Part shown: positions 25,940-39,319 of the stretch, piece by piece | How the letters are laid out: every line of letters starts with the position of its first letter | Position numbering within the stretch: position 1 is the stretch's first letter | Source: the human T2T-CHM13v2.0 reference genome, Homo sapiens | Direction: 5' to 3' (one strand) | NCBI RefSeq assembly: GCF_009914755.1 | Contig: NC_060925.1 | DNA: 64,000 nucleotides | Program-made: the position numbers and the translations under genes | The notes under the pieces: model-generated | Told to the model about the DNA's origin: nothing | The model's input: the letters and a program-made list of their open reading frames with translations, nothing else | Databases searched by the model: none

Positions 25940-26310
25940 GGTCAGGGAAATGAGTTTAGAGGCTTTTTCAATGGTCCAGATGAGAGATAACAGTATCTAT
26001 GTTGGGAGCATTGAAGTTGCAGATTAAGAACACATATTGAAGGTAGAACAAACAAAATTTTATTGTGGTTTGGATATGAAGGGTGGGTAATAAAGAAAAA
26101 AGAGCAATTAACTCTGAATTTTAGATTTTTGACTTGAGCAACCAAAGTGGATGATGTAGCATTTTGTGAAAAGGGGAATGGTTTTAGAGAAAAAAGAGGT
26201 TTGGGCAGGGCAGATAGGAATTTAAGGAGGAAATTTAGAGAATTTTGTTTTGGCCTTATGTTTTTAGAGGCATATTAGACACACATGTGAGATGGCAAGT
26301 CGGCAGAAAG
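25940..26310 (-). mobile_element. L2 fragment
   Basis: gtccagatgagagataacag...ttgaaggtagaac...tttttgacttgagcaacc, antisense L2. Confidence 0.65.
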
Positions 26311-27098
26311 GTAATCATGCATCAATGTAATATTCTTATGAAACTACCAAGTCAAGTTTGTTTCAAAATGTAATCCTCAATAATGAAAGATTGATTATGC
26401 AGTATAGAACTTTTGGGGTAAGGCATTACATTTTGGAGAATGTCTTGAAAACATTACGATTTGAGTCTTAGAGAAGTTTGTGGTAAACCATTCTTTCTGC
26501 CAGTAGTTTTGTAACAGGGTATATTGTCTATTGAGCCTTTATTCTAGCACATTAGACAAGACAAGAGGTTTTCAAACATCGTGTTTAAGGCTTTTTCTGG
26601 ATCTGTCACCTCACTTAGGAAACTTTTATTTCAACTTCTAGGCACCTGAACAAAGACTGTTTGTATTGAAGTTCATTTTACCTACTTGTGAAATGACCTC
26701 CATGGTCTAACCTGGAAACTGATTTATTCCTTATAACAGTTTTTATTTTATTTTTTAAAGGAAAAAGTACGTTATAAATTCCAAACAATCCATTTAAATA
26801 AGCTTTGGGAACATAGCCTGCTAGTAAAAGAGAGACTGCCTGTACTTCCTTTTTCGCTACTTTTCAATCCAATTTTCAGTTAGGAAGAACTTGAAGGGAG
26901 GAGAATATGTGGAAAGGACTCAGCTGTGTATCTAGCCAGCATTTTAATTGGAGTGTGAATCATATTTAGATAGAGTAGAGCCTGATAAAAGTCAGGTTCT
27001 CAGAAACCGGAACACCTGTGTTGGAGATTTTAGAAGTGAGAGGCTCAGGACTCCTGCATTGCACATCCCCAAAACCACCACACACAGTGAGAATTACA

Positions 27099-27122
27099 TT
27101 TCTTTCTTTCTTTCTTTTCTTT

Positions 27123-27190
<68 letters not shown>

Positions 27191-27333
27191 TTTTTTTTTT
27201 TTTTTTTTTTTGAGACAGAGTCTCTCTCTGTCGCCCAGGCTGGAGTACAACGGCACGATCTCGGCTCACTGCAAGCTCCGCCTCCTGAGTGCACACCATT
27301 CTCCTGCCTCAGCTTCCTGAGTAGCTGAGACTA
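27099..27333 (-). mobile_element. 5'-truncated AluY right monomer with (TTTC)n/poly(T) tail
   Basis: About 90 bp of (TTTC)n, then poly(T), then Alu with Y-type ctgcaagctccgcctcc...ccattctcc; stops at gagacta. Confidence 0.9.
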
Positions 27334-27399
27334 AAAGTTGTGCAACAGAGAGGCCCTGGAGACTCCCAAAATGCCATTATAAAACAAGACATAGATGAA

Positions 27400-27880
27400 G
27401 TACTGTGGAAAGGACTTGAAATTTAACATCATGTAAGTCTAGATCTCAGTCACACTTTACTGCTTACTAGTCATATGGCCTTAACCTATGCAAGAAAATC
27501 ACCTAACCTATATATGTTTGTTTTCTTACCAATAAAATGAAGATAATAAATACTGTCACATTAGATTAGTTTGTTTGTTGATTTACTCATTCATTCATTC
27601 AACAAATGTTTTTTGAGCATCTACTATGAACCAGCTATGTGTTAGGTGCTAGAGATACAACAGTGAGTAAGGTGGACATGCTTTTTCCTTCCATGGATCC
27701 AGATGGCAGGTCATCACATAAGCAGTTGCCATAAAGTGGAATCATTTCCCAATTAGAAGAAAGAGATATTCAAACACACGACAGGAAGACCTTACATAGC
27801 CTTGGAGGATGGGGCTCTGGAAAGATCACCTAGAGATATAATAGATTGAGTTGGCCAGATAAGGAACAGATGCAGGCAGT
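27400..27880. mobile_element. MIR (plus) followed by L2 3' end (minus)
   Basis: actgcttactagtcatatggcctt; cattcattcaacaaatgttttttgagcatctactatg. Confidence 0.65.
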
Positions 27881-28237
27881 CTCCCTGTCTTTTATTCCTT
27901 GTATTTAATCACCCATGCCCTGTTGCTTCTCTCTTCCTAACACTTCCTTCATCATTCTTTCTTCTCCAGAGAGAAAAATCTTTGGCCATTAGGCCAATCT
28001 CATAAAATAGTTTCTAAGTAATATACAATTTGTCTTTTTGAGCTGCTTCTCCTCCTACCTCAAATGGTAGGAATTCGCCAATGTCAAGTCTGTTACCTTT
28101 CCTCTTCTCTCCTTCAATGAGCCAATCTGAGTCCCATCTTTAACAATGATTTTCATATTGGGGGACCCATAAACTTGTGTCCCCCAATAACACATAAATT
28201 GGAGGATTAGGGCAATAAGTCCCACCAGGAACAGCCT

Positions 28238-28436
28238 AGGGCAATTTTGCCCCACCGGGAACATTTGGAGACATCTAGAAACTTGATTGTCAAGACTTGG
28301 GAGGAGATAGAAGGCTATTGACAGCTAGTGGGTAGAGGCCAGGGATGTTGCTAAATACCCTACAATGCGTAGAATAGTCCCCACAACGAAGAATTATTCA
28401 GTCCCAAATGTCCATAGTTTTAAAATGGAAAAACCT
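28238..28436 (+). mobile_element. MER20 hAT-Charlie fossil
   Basis: gggcaattttgcccc...ctagtgggtagaggccagggatgttgctaaa...ccacaacgaagaattattcagtcccaaatgtc. Confidence 0.85.
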
Positions 28437-28582
28437 ACTCAATTTCTGTAAATACCTATGGGCTTATACTCTCATGTTTCTGTCTGCTTTCTGTCTCTTT
28501 TTTTCTGCAGCTGCTGTCTGCTTTGTTAATCTAGACAGAAAACTCGGCCTCTGAACAGGTTTACCCAATAAAATGCACTTAC

Positions 28583-28711
28583 ATCAGACATTTTTGGGTT
28601 TATTGTATTTCACTGAAAATGTCTGAAGAATCATAGAGAATAAAATTGCACAATGCAGCTTTTCTCTTTATCTTTCTCATCTCTGTTCCCATCCGGTTCC
28701 TCTTAGTTTAC
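28583..28711 (-). other. Candidate exon (129 nt) of a minus-strand spliced transcript
   Basis: Acceptor tttttttttttcttcag|G and donor GAT|gtaagt; stops in all three frames. Confidence 0.4.
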
Positions 28712-28992
28712 CTGAAGAAAAAAAAAAACTCTAGATTGTTCTCTATCTAGTGGAAAAGCAACTTCCTTATCTGAAACTTTGGCATCCACTGATCCCTGAA
28801 GACCTAGTCGGGGGGTGGTAGTGTTGACTACTACTAACACTAACACTTATCAACACAGTTTTCAAAATAAGATAGTGGAATTCCTAACATAGTTTCTGAT
28901 GTGTGAAATCTCTTTGTTTTTAAAATGTGCAATTTTAAATTAATTTAAACCTTATTGTTTTCAAAATGCTTTCTACTTGTGAGATTAAAAAG

Positions 28993-29484
28993 TGTATTAA
29001 TCAGGTTACAGATTCAGTTGCCCAAAACAGAGATGTATAATTACAGGGACTTAAATGAGACAGTTTAGTTCTTACACTCTTAAACACCTAAACTAGTATG
29101 GCAGCTCCATTCTGGGAAAAGCAGGGGCCCCAGGGTAGCCCTTTTCAGCATAGTTCACAATGGTCCTCTACCACATCCTCATTCCACTGGAGGAAGGGGG
29201 AAAGAAAGTGAAAGGCATGGCCCTTGCTTTTAGTTTATTTGTTTATTTAAAAAATTTTTGTTCTTGGCCCTTGCTTTTAAAGGTAGGACCTGGAAGTTCT
29301 CCATTACTTCCACTCCCATCCCATTGGCCAGAACTTGGTCATATGGCCACACCTAGGGGTAATGGGTGGTGGAGAATATAATCTATATTCAGACTCATTA
29401 TATGTGTAGCTAAAACTCAAAATCCATCTTCATTGGATGAAGAGGAGGATGGCTGCAGTGGAACAATTAGGAATATCTGCCTCA
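28993..29484 (-). mobile_element. MLT1J/K-like MaLR LTR
   Basis: Diagnostic atcccattggccagaacttggtcatatggccacaccta; tgtatt...ctgcctca termini. Confidence 0.7.
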
Positions 29485-31812
29485 GAGGGGACTTTGCTTC
29501 AGGAGTACCTGAGAACAATGGGGATGTCTGTGTAAACTTTATCTGTGTTTTCTTGATTCTTTATAACATTTCACCTCCATGCTCCTGCCGCAACTCAAAT
29601 TCCTTCCTTATGCCAGCACTATATTATTACAGTCAATTCCTATCAGTCTCCCTAGTATAATTCTCCTTGCTTCATTCCCTTGCCCAAACCCTTGTCTTAA
29701 AACAGACCCCTATCCTACCATTAAGGGCCCTCCAGCTTTTGACCTCCACTTCCCAGACTTAATTCTCGTTAACACGTTACTTCCCTCTTTTCCCAGTCTT
29801 TCCAGACTGTAGAGACGTATCTCTTCTCTGAACTCTAATAACCAGTAGAGGGTGCGCTATGCAGTTTCACAGGTGATAGCTTATGTGCATGTGCATATGT
29901 GTGCATGAAGTGCATATGTGTTGGGGGTTTGGGAAGGCTGTTTTGTGGGGATGTTGGGAGTGAGTGGAAGTGAATGTGGAGAAGTAGGAAGGACCAGGAT
30001 TGAGGATCTTATTAAGAAATACGTTAACCTATAGACACAGAGGCATTATCAAACACTCCTGGGATGAGGGCATCAAAAATTTATACTGGAAGAAATGCTA
30101 ATTAGAAAAGAGTAATCAGACAAACTGCTCTTTGATCCCAGTGAATACTCGCTCAGTGCTAAGGTAAATCCTAGTGAGATTAGAAACTCAGGACAAATAT
30201 GTAGAGATCTTGAATTACATGTGTTAGCAACAGTGATGAAATATTAATTGATTTGCTTGTTTTCCTATGTAGAAATACTTAAGAAAGTAGATTATGATAT
30301 TCTAGAATTCCAGAAGGGAATATTTATTAATAGGCAGGCTAGGATCCCCTAGAGAGAGACAAAAATGGAGAAGTACAATAGGATGTCTAAAGAGAGAGAA
30401 GAAAAAGACTGGCTTCTTTTTATTCTTTCCTTCCTTTCTACTCCTCCTTCTGTCTCACTTCGCAGAGGTGGGCTGTGACCTCTAGCCTTTCCAAAGCACA
30501 AAACAGTGCTCCCTCCTGTCAGGGTTTTAGGAAACTGTGCTTCTTCCAACCAGATTCAATTTTTGCTCCCCATCCTCAGATCATCCAGCCTTTATCTCAT
30601 ATAATCATATCAGAGGTCTCAGTTTGAATTTAAACTTTAATCACCCTAAGATTTAGATATGTTGTGGTGATGAAATGGGTCTGAGAAGAAGAGGCCCAAT
30701 ATATGAGGGACTCAGAAGCCTCCATGAACTGTAGGTAAGAAAAAAATGAATGCTAGAAAAAATAGTGTTATCCACTCCTTCAAGGCCAGAAAGCCAAGGT
30801 TGAAGAAGAGAAGTGATTTTGAGAGGTACAGGCTGCAAACCAGCCCAACCCACAAAGAACTACACCTGAGTCTTAGAATGAATTAGATATAGTAAAAGTA
30901 CAGGTAAAGAAGCTGTCTCCCTAAAATTCTCTATGGTACATTGCGAGCCCAAGGTATAGCAACATTATTCTCTAGACCTGTAGCAGCAACAAAAGATGTT
31001 GCTAGTGACTTTAGCAGAAGCCATTTCAGTGCTTATGAACTCAGTCACTAGTAGCCTTAGGTGGTTGGCATATCAGTGGGTCTTCGCATATATAGCAGTC
31101 ACATTTGGCATCAGCATTGGTAAGTATAGAGATATCACCTCTGAGCCCCCAGCAGAAGAGGAAAATCATGGGAGACTAAAGTAACCAGGGTAATCCATTC
31201 ACAAGCAAATGTGAAACATGTCTTTGGGCCATGGTTTCCACAAATAGGGTTAGAGTGGGTCTGAAGTTAGCCTCAGGCTCTCTGGGTTAGAGACTATGGC
31301 TAGATAGCTGGACTTCTGAGGCACTTAAAGCCATCCAGCCTAATCCTTTCCTTTGATAGAGGAGGAATCAGAGACCTTTGAAAAGTTAAAGATATGATCC
31401 AAGTCAGAGGGAGAAATTAGACCCCAAACTTAGGTCTTCTGATTCTTAGTCTGGTGCTCGATACTAAACACTAAATAGTTATCTTATTAAATGTAAGTCT
31501 TTTATGACGAGAGCTTCATTTTCAGATGTGTTATTCAGATTATTTGTGCAAAAAGGGGTACTGAAGAAATGTTAGTTAGAAAAGGAAAAAAAAAAACCCT
31601 CCATACTTGGTGTAGGATGGACAAGTCTCACAGTCCCACATAGTCATCCCTCTTATCTAACCCAGGTCTTGAGTTGTGTTCTTGGATTTTGACTTAGGCT
31701 AGCTCTTTCCCAAGGAGCTCTGTAGCCCAGCTCCTGCCACCAAGCCTCTCAAGAGAAGCAGGCATGGCTAGGTCTCTGGTGAGCACAATTAGGCTAAAAC
31801 AGAAACACGTAT

Positions 31813-31857
31813 TTAGGTTGGTGCAAAAGTAATTGCGGTTTTGCCATTACTTTTAAT
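31813..31857 (+). mobile_element. Half MADE1 (Hsmar1-derived MITE)
   Basis: ttaggttggtgcaaaagtaattgcggttttgccattactttta; the second TIR is missing. Confidence 0.88.
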
Positions 31858-32439
31858 CCTGCTGTGGAAGGATGGAAGTCCTGGGCTTTGAAGAAGGATG
31901 GCATTGGAGCAGGAAGTCGACATGCAGCAGCAACACCTCAGTGGGGTACTGACAGGAAGAACTTGGGAGCAGTGTCTCCTGGAAGAGAACAGAGAGTCTT
32001 AGCCCATGTCTTCTACAGAGAAGGATGGGCTATGGTAGCTTTCTCCTTCCTTATCCTGCTTTTTCATCTATTCACTGTCTAAGTTGTTCTATTACCTTTC
32101 CCTTCTATCACCCTTTGATCTCTTACTTAGTTCTAAATCTGAAACAAGCCATTCCAATGGGATAAATCCTTTTCATTCATTTAAAATTACCATAAAGTAT
32201 AGAATCCTCACTGGCAAGAAGCTTAAAGTTCTACAAAAAATTTATAAAACAAAAAATTCATGCCCTTAAAAAGGTCAAGCTACAGAGTCAAAATATGTAC
32301 TTGCAATCAAAAGTATCCTGGGTACAAACTAATATAATATCTGGTAGGTGCTACTTTTGGAATACATTTCTAAAATGCAATGCTGTGTTTATATGCACTC
32401 TCTCATTTTGTTTTTATACTCTTTGTATGTGATTTGTAA

Positions 32440-33520
32440 ATTTTTAATAGATATGGAAATAGAGGTTAAGAGAAATTGAGAAACTTATCCAAGTTCACAC
32501 ACAGCAAACAAGTTCTGGGGCTAAAATTCAAACTTCAGTATTCACAGAGATCTTCCACCACCCTCAAGTTGAGTACATTATAGCTGAGGACCACAGATAT
32601 TATTGGCAATAATGAGTATGTGTGTCCCAGAAGAAAAGAAGTGTGCACTAAGCTCTGATGGTTGTGAAACTTTCTCCTAGCACCCATTATGTGTCTACTG
32701 GCTACTTTACATATAGAATCTTATTTAGTTCTAACAATCTCATGTAATCAAATATTTCAATTTTCACCTTATTGATTAAGAAACTGAAGACTGAAGAAGA
32801 AAATTAAGCATGGATGGTCCTGCAGCTACTAAAGATCAGTGTGGATTCCAACCCAGTCTGCCCTCAAGTGTGTGACTTTCACAGAGGTGACAGAGAGGGA
32901 ATTTCAGCTGAGAAAACCATCAGGAGCATTAGTACCAGGGTAGAGAAATAAGTCAAATATACAAAGACAGAAAGAAAAATTTGATAAAGGTGAAACGCTG
33001 TGATCAAAAAGGGAGAAGTAAGGAAAGAGAGTGAAGCATTGGGAGGGAAAGTCACGGATAGGTCTTAAAGCCAAAGTAGAGGAATTGGGGTTTGATATTC
33101 CTGGCTGAGGGAATCTATTGCATGGTCTCAGGAAGGTTGGGACATGGTTAAGGTAGTGGGCTGAAAGATGGTTTTACTGTCTGTGTACCAGATGGAAAAT
33201 AGGAGAGTGACTAGAAACTGCATGACTGCCTGGGACGTTTTCCCCAGTGTCCCCAGATTAATGATAATGGTGATGGCTGTCTTTCTGGGAAAGTATCTAT
33301 GCACTCAGCTTTGATCTATGCACTTTACATGTATTTACCTCCTTAATATTCTCAATTAGTTTATGAAGTACTATTATCATCATCCCTATGTTATAGATAA
33401 AGAAAGTGAGGTTCCAAGAGCTAAGGAACACATAACAATTAAGTGGTAGGGCTAGAATGTAAGGAGGTCTGTGTGACTGCTCAGAGCTTAAGCTTTCCCT
33501 TATACCATGCTGCTTCTCAC
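32440..33520 (-). mobile_element. Cluster of MIR and L2 fragments
   Basis: MIR cores at about 32445-32540, 32680-32880 and 33295-33515 (ttatagataaagaaagtgaggttcc); L2-like sequence at about 33000-33260. Confidence 0.55.
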
Positions 33521-33842
33521 TGCTCTCCCTGTCACTCAGTAGCAAGAGTATCCTCATCAGTACAGCTTCCTACATAAAACCATTTAAGTGCAGCTGAAAA
33601 GAAGCAGCAGCAGTGAACTGCTAACACTTCTCTTGTCCCAGATGTTTGACTGTCCTGTACATGTGAGCACTAGATCAGATGTTAATGTCTCTGCCTGGGC
33701 TAAGAAGTTCTTGGCATGAGATGTTTCAGGCTGAGCTTGAGATTTAGACAGGCTGTTCTGGGTACAATGGGTGGAGACTTTCTTTGACACAACTGTAGCT
33801 TAGTAAAAGCTTCAGTAAAGGTGCTAATTGTGTACAACTTAC

Positions 33843-33980
33843 CTGCAGAGGTTTCCTTTTCATAAATATTCTCTTTTCCCTCAAGGAAGCTGACTAGCTT
33901 CTGAGAGCCAAATTTCATTGCGTAACGGCAGAGACTTTAAAATACATCAAAGAGTGTGTCAAACTTTTCCACTCTCCTAA
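33843..33980 (-). other. Candidate exon (138 nt) of a minus-strand spliced transcript
   Basis: Acceptor tttagttcccctgcag| and a perfect consensus donor CAG|gtaagt. Confidence 0.4.
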
Positions 33981-34464
33981 CTGCAGGGGAACTAAATGCA
34001 AACCCTGTGGGAGCCGGGGGTGGGGTGAGGGGTTGGAAAAGAGTAGGTTAAGAACAAGACATTTCTTTGAAGTTTCATGTTTCATCTTAAGAATTTGTGT
34101 GAAGTTTCCATTCCCACAAAAGACATCTGTGTTTTAAAATTAAAATGTTTTCCTAAAACATTGGGTTTGTGAAATAAAATTAAAATGTTTTTAGAATTAG
34201 AGTCACCATGATAATCCAGGAGTTTCACGTCCTCCCCAACATAGCATCTCTTAATCCCAAAGTCAATTAAATCCATATGAGACACCCAAACATAACAATT
34301 TGCAACTAGATCTCTGTGGCCATGGGAATAGATTCTTCCAATCCTGTGTCTTGGCAAGCATAGTCAGAAGGTCATAACTCACATAAATGTCATGCACAGG
34401 ACAGCTGCACCATGCAGAGATTGTTTGTAACCAAATATACCATCAGGGCTCCTGAAATACCTGA

Positions 34465-34665
34465 AGGTTAGTATAGTACAGTGGTTAAGAACAAGGCTTT
34501 ACACTTAAAGAAACAGTGTTCAAATCCCAACTTGGTTGGTAACAGCTGTAGCACCTTGAGTTAGTTAGCCACTTAGAAAGGTTGAGTCCATGAATATGCA
34601 TTATAGTGTTTAGAAAAATGCATGGCATATTTTAAATGCTCAATAAATGATAGCTTTAATTATAG
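34465..34665 (+). mobile_element. MIR
   Basis: gtatagtacagtggttaagaac...gttcaaatccc...tgctcaataaatgatagct. Confidence 0.75.
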
Positions 34666-36693
34666 TTAATAATTGTAAGATCATGAGATTTATTTTTTGA
34701 ATGTAAAACTTAAAATATATAAAAGTATTACAAATTATTATTGCTTCTTAAAAGAAAAATAACCTTTACACAGAAAATATTTGATTATCTATTAGGTCTG
34801 GAAACCTGAAACAAAATTCTAGGTTAAATTTTCAAAAATGTACACCTACGTGATCCCTGCCCTCTAGGATATGGAAAGAAAAATTGTGATGCAGAAAATC
34901 GTACAGAAAAGTTATGAAAAAGCAATAAATGAACGAAAGTGATTTTCTGTCTCTTAGAAAAGTATCAAATTATTCTTATACACTAGTCTGGATGCCCAAG
35001 ACTTGAGAAACAGCATAAAATTTACGGAAAAGATGAATATATGAATACTTAATGAGACTAGAAAATAGTAGAGGCAAAATCTGAAAACTGAATAATCAAG
35101 GAACACCAATTGAAGGAATATTTATTATAATAATTGAATAATATAAAACATAATGAAGTCCTTTAGACCCAGTATTCTGTTCTTGGGCTGGTGAGGAGTG
35201 TGGCATCTTTAATTTTTCAATCTACAAAAATTTATGGATTTATTGATCTAGATGTTATGTAACACTCTGGACTAGAATGTGTCAGTGTGCATTCTCAAGG
35301 AACCTGCAATGAAAGACTGTGGCAGTGTTTTTCCTTTCTCTATGATGGAAACACAGTAGTCTGATCCTTCAAGTTTCTTCCTATTCCTTACTTATTAGAT
35401 CTATGATTTCTTTCGTTATGTCTCCAGTCCTTGCTAATTGGACAACTATGGTGCTGCGAAGACATCACTTCAGAACACCCTTCCCCTTCTAAGAAATTTA
35501 TTTCATAGATATTCTGAAATAGAGATATCCAGAGGCAGTTCAGAATAAAAAAAATAATGTGTTGATTAGAGACTCCTGCAGCTACAGACACATATTTGTT
35601 GATTGGATTAATATAGGTTGGTGAGAAAAAGAGAAATTAGCACTTACTAGATTCTCTCTCCCCATGATGTGGCCAGAAAAACTGCAAGAGTTGTTTGGTG
35701 ACCCAATTTTTAGAGGCATTATTATCAACTAAAACAGATATCTGCCCTTAAGGGAGATGAATCAGACCCAGAGGGCTCCACTAGGCTTCCTGCCAGAGAC
35801 CCACTTCTAGCAGCTCTCCCTGCAGAATGCAAATTTGATCTAACAGGTAGCAACTCAAAGAAAGTAATTAATTTCTATGATTCTTTCATAGTCACACACC
35901 GCACACATATTTAGGGAATTGTCATAAATATTAATATTTAGGGAATGTCCATGTATATTCAGTGAATGGCAAAAAGATCTCCAGATAGTGCTCACGGAGT
36001 TCTCTGCAAGCTCCCTCTCAGTAACGGACAGATGAGGGGAAGGGGTGGAGGTAGATAAAGAAAGATAAAACAAGCTTTCTGTGCAGGCCTCTGAGTTGAT
36101 GCGCCACCTTAGCTGAATTTGCAGGAGTATAATCTAAGCCAGAGGGCTGGCTGTCCTCTCTGACACATCTAATTAGACGTGGATTTATGCTTGCTTCATT
36201 CATGGTACTTGATCTCTAATATTTAGAGTTTATAGAGCAGGAAGCCCTTGAAGCCCTTCAGATTTTCCTGTGTAGCCCTTGAAGTCAGGGTGAAGGGAAA
36301 AACATAGCATTATGAATTGTTTTGATGCTGAGATTAAGTGTAGTTTTATATATCCTTGAAGGCCTACAATGATTTCATCCAGGAGATGCATGCTGGCATT
36401 TGAATCATCGTTCTAATTAGTATGAAAAGTAGATTAAGATATTAGCAATTTCTAATTATACTTTTGCTTTTAAATGTTAATATTAACATTTATACATTTA
36501 TGACATTAAGAAAAAAAATTATACTATAATCCCACTACTCAAATTCCCAAAATGTATCTTCCTCTCTGACAATCATTCAGTGTATACTTAGATGTATAGA
36601 TGCTTTTTGTATAGATATCATTATAGCACATATACAACTTTGGGGTTTTATTTTGCTTAATATTGTTTGATATAAGCTGTTCTCTGATTCTAT

Positions 36694-36773
36694 TTAGGTT
36701 GGTGCAAAAGTAATTGACGTTTCTGCCATTACTTTCAATAGCAAAAACTGCAATTACTTCTGCACCAACCCAA
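36694..36773. mobile_element. Full MADE1 MITE (80-bp palindrome; the source element of the miR-548 family)
   Basis: ttaggttggtgcaaaagtaattg...caattacttctgcaccaacccaa, flanked by TA. Confidence 0.93.
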
Positions 36774-36879
36774 TACCTAGTGCTCATACTTTTTGTTGTA
36801 ATTGCCATATAATCCTAATTAATGAGTAATTAAAACAATAGTATGGCTAAGAATTTATGATGGCATTTTATTTTGCCCA

Positions 36880-37050
36880 AACTTTGGTCAAGTTACTGAT
36901 ATTCTCTGAGTTTTAGTTTCTTCATCTGTAGAATATAGATAATAAGATCTATCTCATAGAGAGTGTGTATAGACTAAATGAGATAAACATGTGAAAGACT
37001 GTACAGGGTCTGGCTGACAGTAGGTGTTCAAGTCATGGATATTACTATAA
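36880..37050 (+). mobile_element. MIR
   Basis: caagttactgatattctctgagttttagtttcttcatctgtagaat...taaatgagataaacatgtgaaag. Confidence 0.75.
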
Positions 37051-37177
37051 TTATGTTAAAGGTAGATTTCACCACCACAATCCACAAAAGGCAGTAATAA
37101 CACAAGGCTCCTATGTATGCAACAGCTATTTTTGAAGTCTTTATTTTCCTAAGTCTCTATTCTTTGCCTATTGTAAA

Positions 37178-37596
37178 TGTTATGGGCTGAATTTTACCCC
37201 TCACGCTGAGTGTTGAAGTTGAAGTCCTAACACCCATGAACCCAGAATGTGACCTTATTTAGAAGTAGGTCATTACATATGTAATTAGTGAAGTTAAGAT
37301 GAGGTCATTAGGGTGGCCATAATCCAATTTGACCAGTGTCTTTATAAAACAAATATCATGTGCAGAGACAAGCATATAGGGAAAATGATGTGAAGACACA
37401 GGAACAAGGCATTTACCTACAAGCCAAAGAGAGCGCCTGGCACAGATTCTTCCCTCACAGCCCTCAGAAGAAAACCACCCTGCCAAGACCTTGATTTTTC
37501 ACTTTTAGCCTCCGCAACTGCGAGCCAATGAATTACTGTGGTTTAAGCCATCCAGTTTGTGGGAATTTGTTACCACAGCCCTAGCAAGCTACTATA
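37178..37596 (+). mobile_element. MLT1B-like MaLR solo LTR
   Basis: tgttatgggctgaat...cagaatgtgaccttatttagaa...gtttaagccatccagtttgtgg...cagccctagcaagctac; TSD gtaaa/gtaag. Confidence 0.85.
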
Positions 37597-37819
37597 GTAA
37601 GGCTGTCTTAGTGGCAATTTGAAGAAATGGCTCAACATTATTTCATTGTTTTATAACGAGAGCACCTATTCACTTATTTAAAACAGAATTGAATTCCAGA
37701 TCACAGAGTGAGACTAGACCAATAAACACAGTATTTAGAGGAGTTGAACTAAACCTCAGCTATTAAAACATTCACAAACGCATGCTGCCTGACAATATTT
37801 ATCATGTGAGCCAGCATTA

Positions 37820-38415
37820 TTACCCCCTTGCCTCTCTCCTGGGATATATTTTCTGTATGGTTGCCAGAGTGATATTTTGGAAATGAAAATCTGATTATCC
37901 TTCATTTCTGTTCAATAGCCTCCAGTGGCTTCATGTCACACTGGAAACAGAATTCTAAGTTTAAGAGAGTTTACATCGCCCTACAGGATTTGACCTTTGA
38001 TGAATCCTGCCACTTCATTCTTCCTCTCTCATCCTAGCTCACTGCACTCCAGGCATGCAGGGCTATTTGTTGTTTCCTCAAACTTCCAAATGCCTCCTAC
38101 TTCAGAACCTTTGCACTTTCTGGTCTCTCTGACAGGACCACTCTTTACCCAGATTATCTATCTATCTGTCTATCTATCTGTCTATCTATCTATCTATCAT
38201 CTATCTATCTATCTATCTAAATATCTATCTTTCATCAATATCTCTGGGCTTTAATCTCTCACTCTATTCAGTCCTCCATTCAGCAGGTGCTTCCTTACAG
38301 AGGCCTTCCCTTGTCATCCTATATAAAATTCCCCCACACTTAAAACAGTACCTGGAATGTAGCAGGTATTCAAACACTATTTGGTAAATGAATGCATGAA
38401 TGAATGAGTGAATGA
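37820..38415 (+). mobile_element. L2a 3' fragment containing a (TATC)n microsatellite at about 38155-38230
   Basis: ctccagtggcttc, cactgcactccagg, and the terminal aatgaatgcatgaatgaatgagtgaatga. Confidence 0.75.
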
Positions 38416-38659
38416 CTTAGACTAGACCAATCTCATTTGCCCCGGGAGTAACTCTGAGGCATAATTTGTAAAATCATAGAACTAGAAGAGAATTGAGAGA
38501 TCAACATCTACCTCCCTGCCTTTATATGGATGAAATTGTCTGAAATTATAAATGTCACTCATTCATTGCTCATGAACCCGTTGCTTATTATTTCAGAACA
38601 TCGAAAATATTGAGGAGAATAAAAAACAAACGGAAGTTTTACTAATATTGATGATCTTA

Positions 38660-38997
<338 letters not shown>

Positions 38998-39319
38998 GTA
39001 CAAATTAGCAAGTTTATTTAGAGCAGGAAGGAGATAAGAGGATACAACTCTTTGTAATGTTAGGCACTGGTAAAACACAAATTGCCAGGGTTCAAATTCA
39101 TGGTTTGACACTAGTTAGCTATACTTAGAAAACTTACTCAACCTCTCTAAGCCTCAGTCTTTTCATCTGTAAAATGGGGGTAATAATAAGGTTGCTATGA
39201 AGGCTAAATGCATTATTATTTATAAAGTAGTTAGAATAGGGTTTGCTAAATTGTAAGCTTAATTTAAATTTGTTAAAGAATAATGTACATCTATATTTCA
39301 GTACTGCAAATGTTATTTT

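Noticed and set aside
26948-27328. Several 66-126 aa ORFs with KERK or FFLS repeats
   Set aside because: They are translations of the (TTTC)n microsatellite and Alu.
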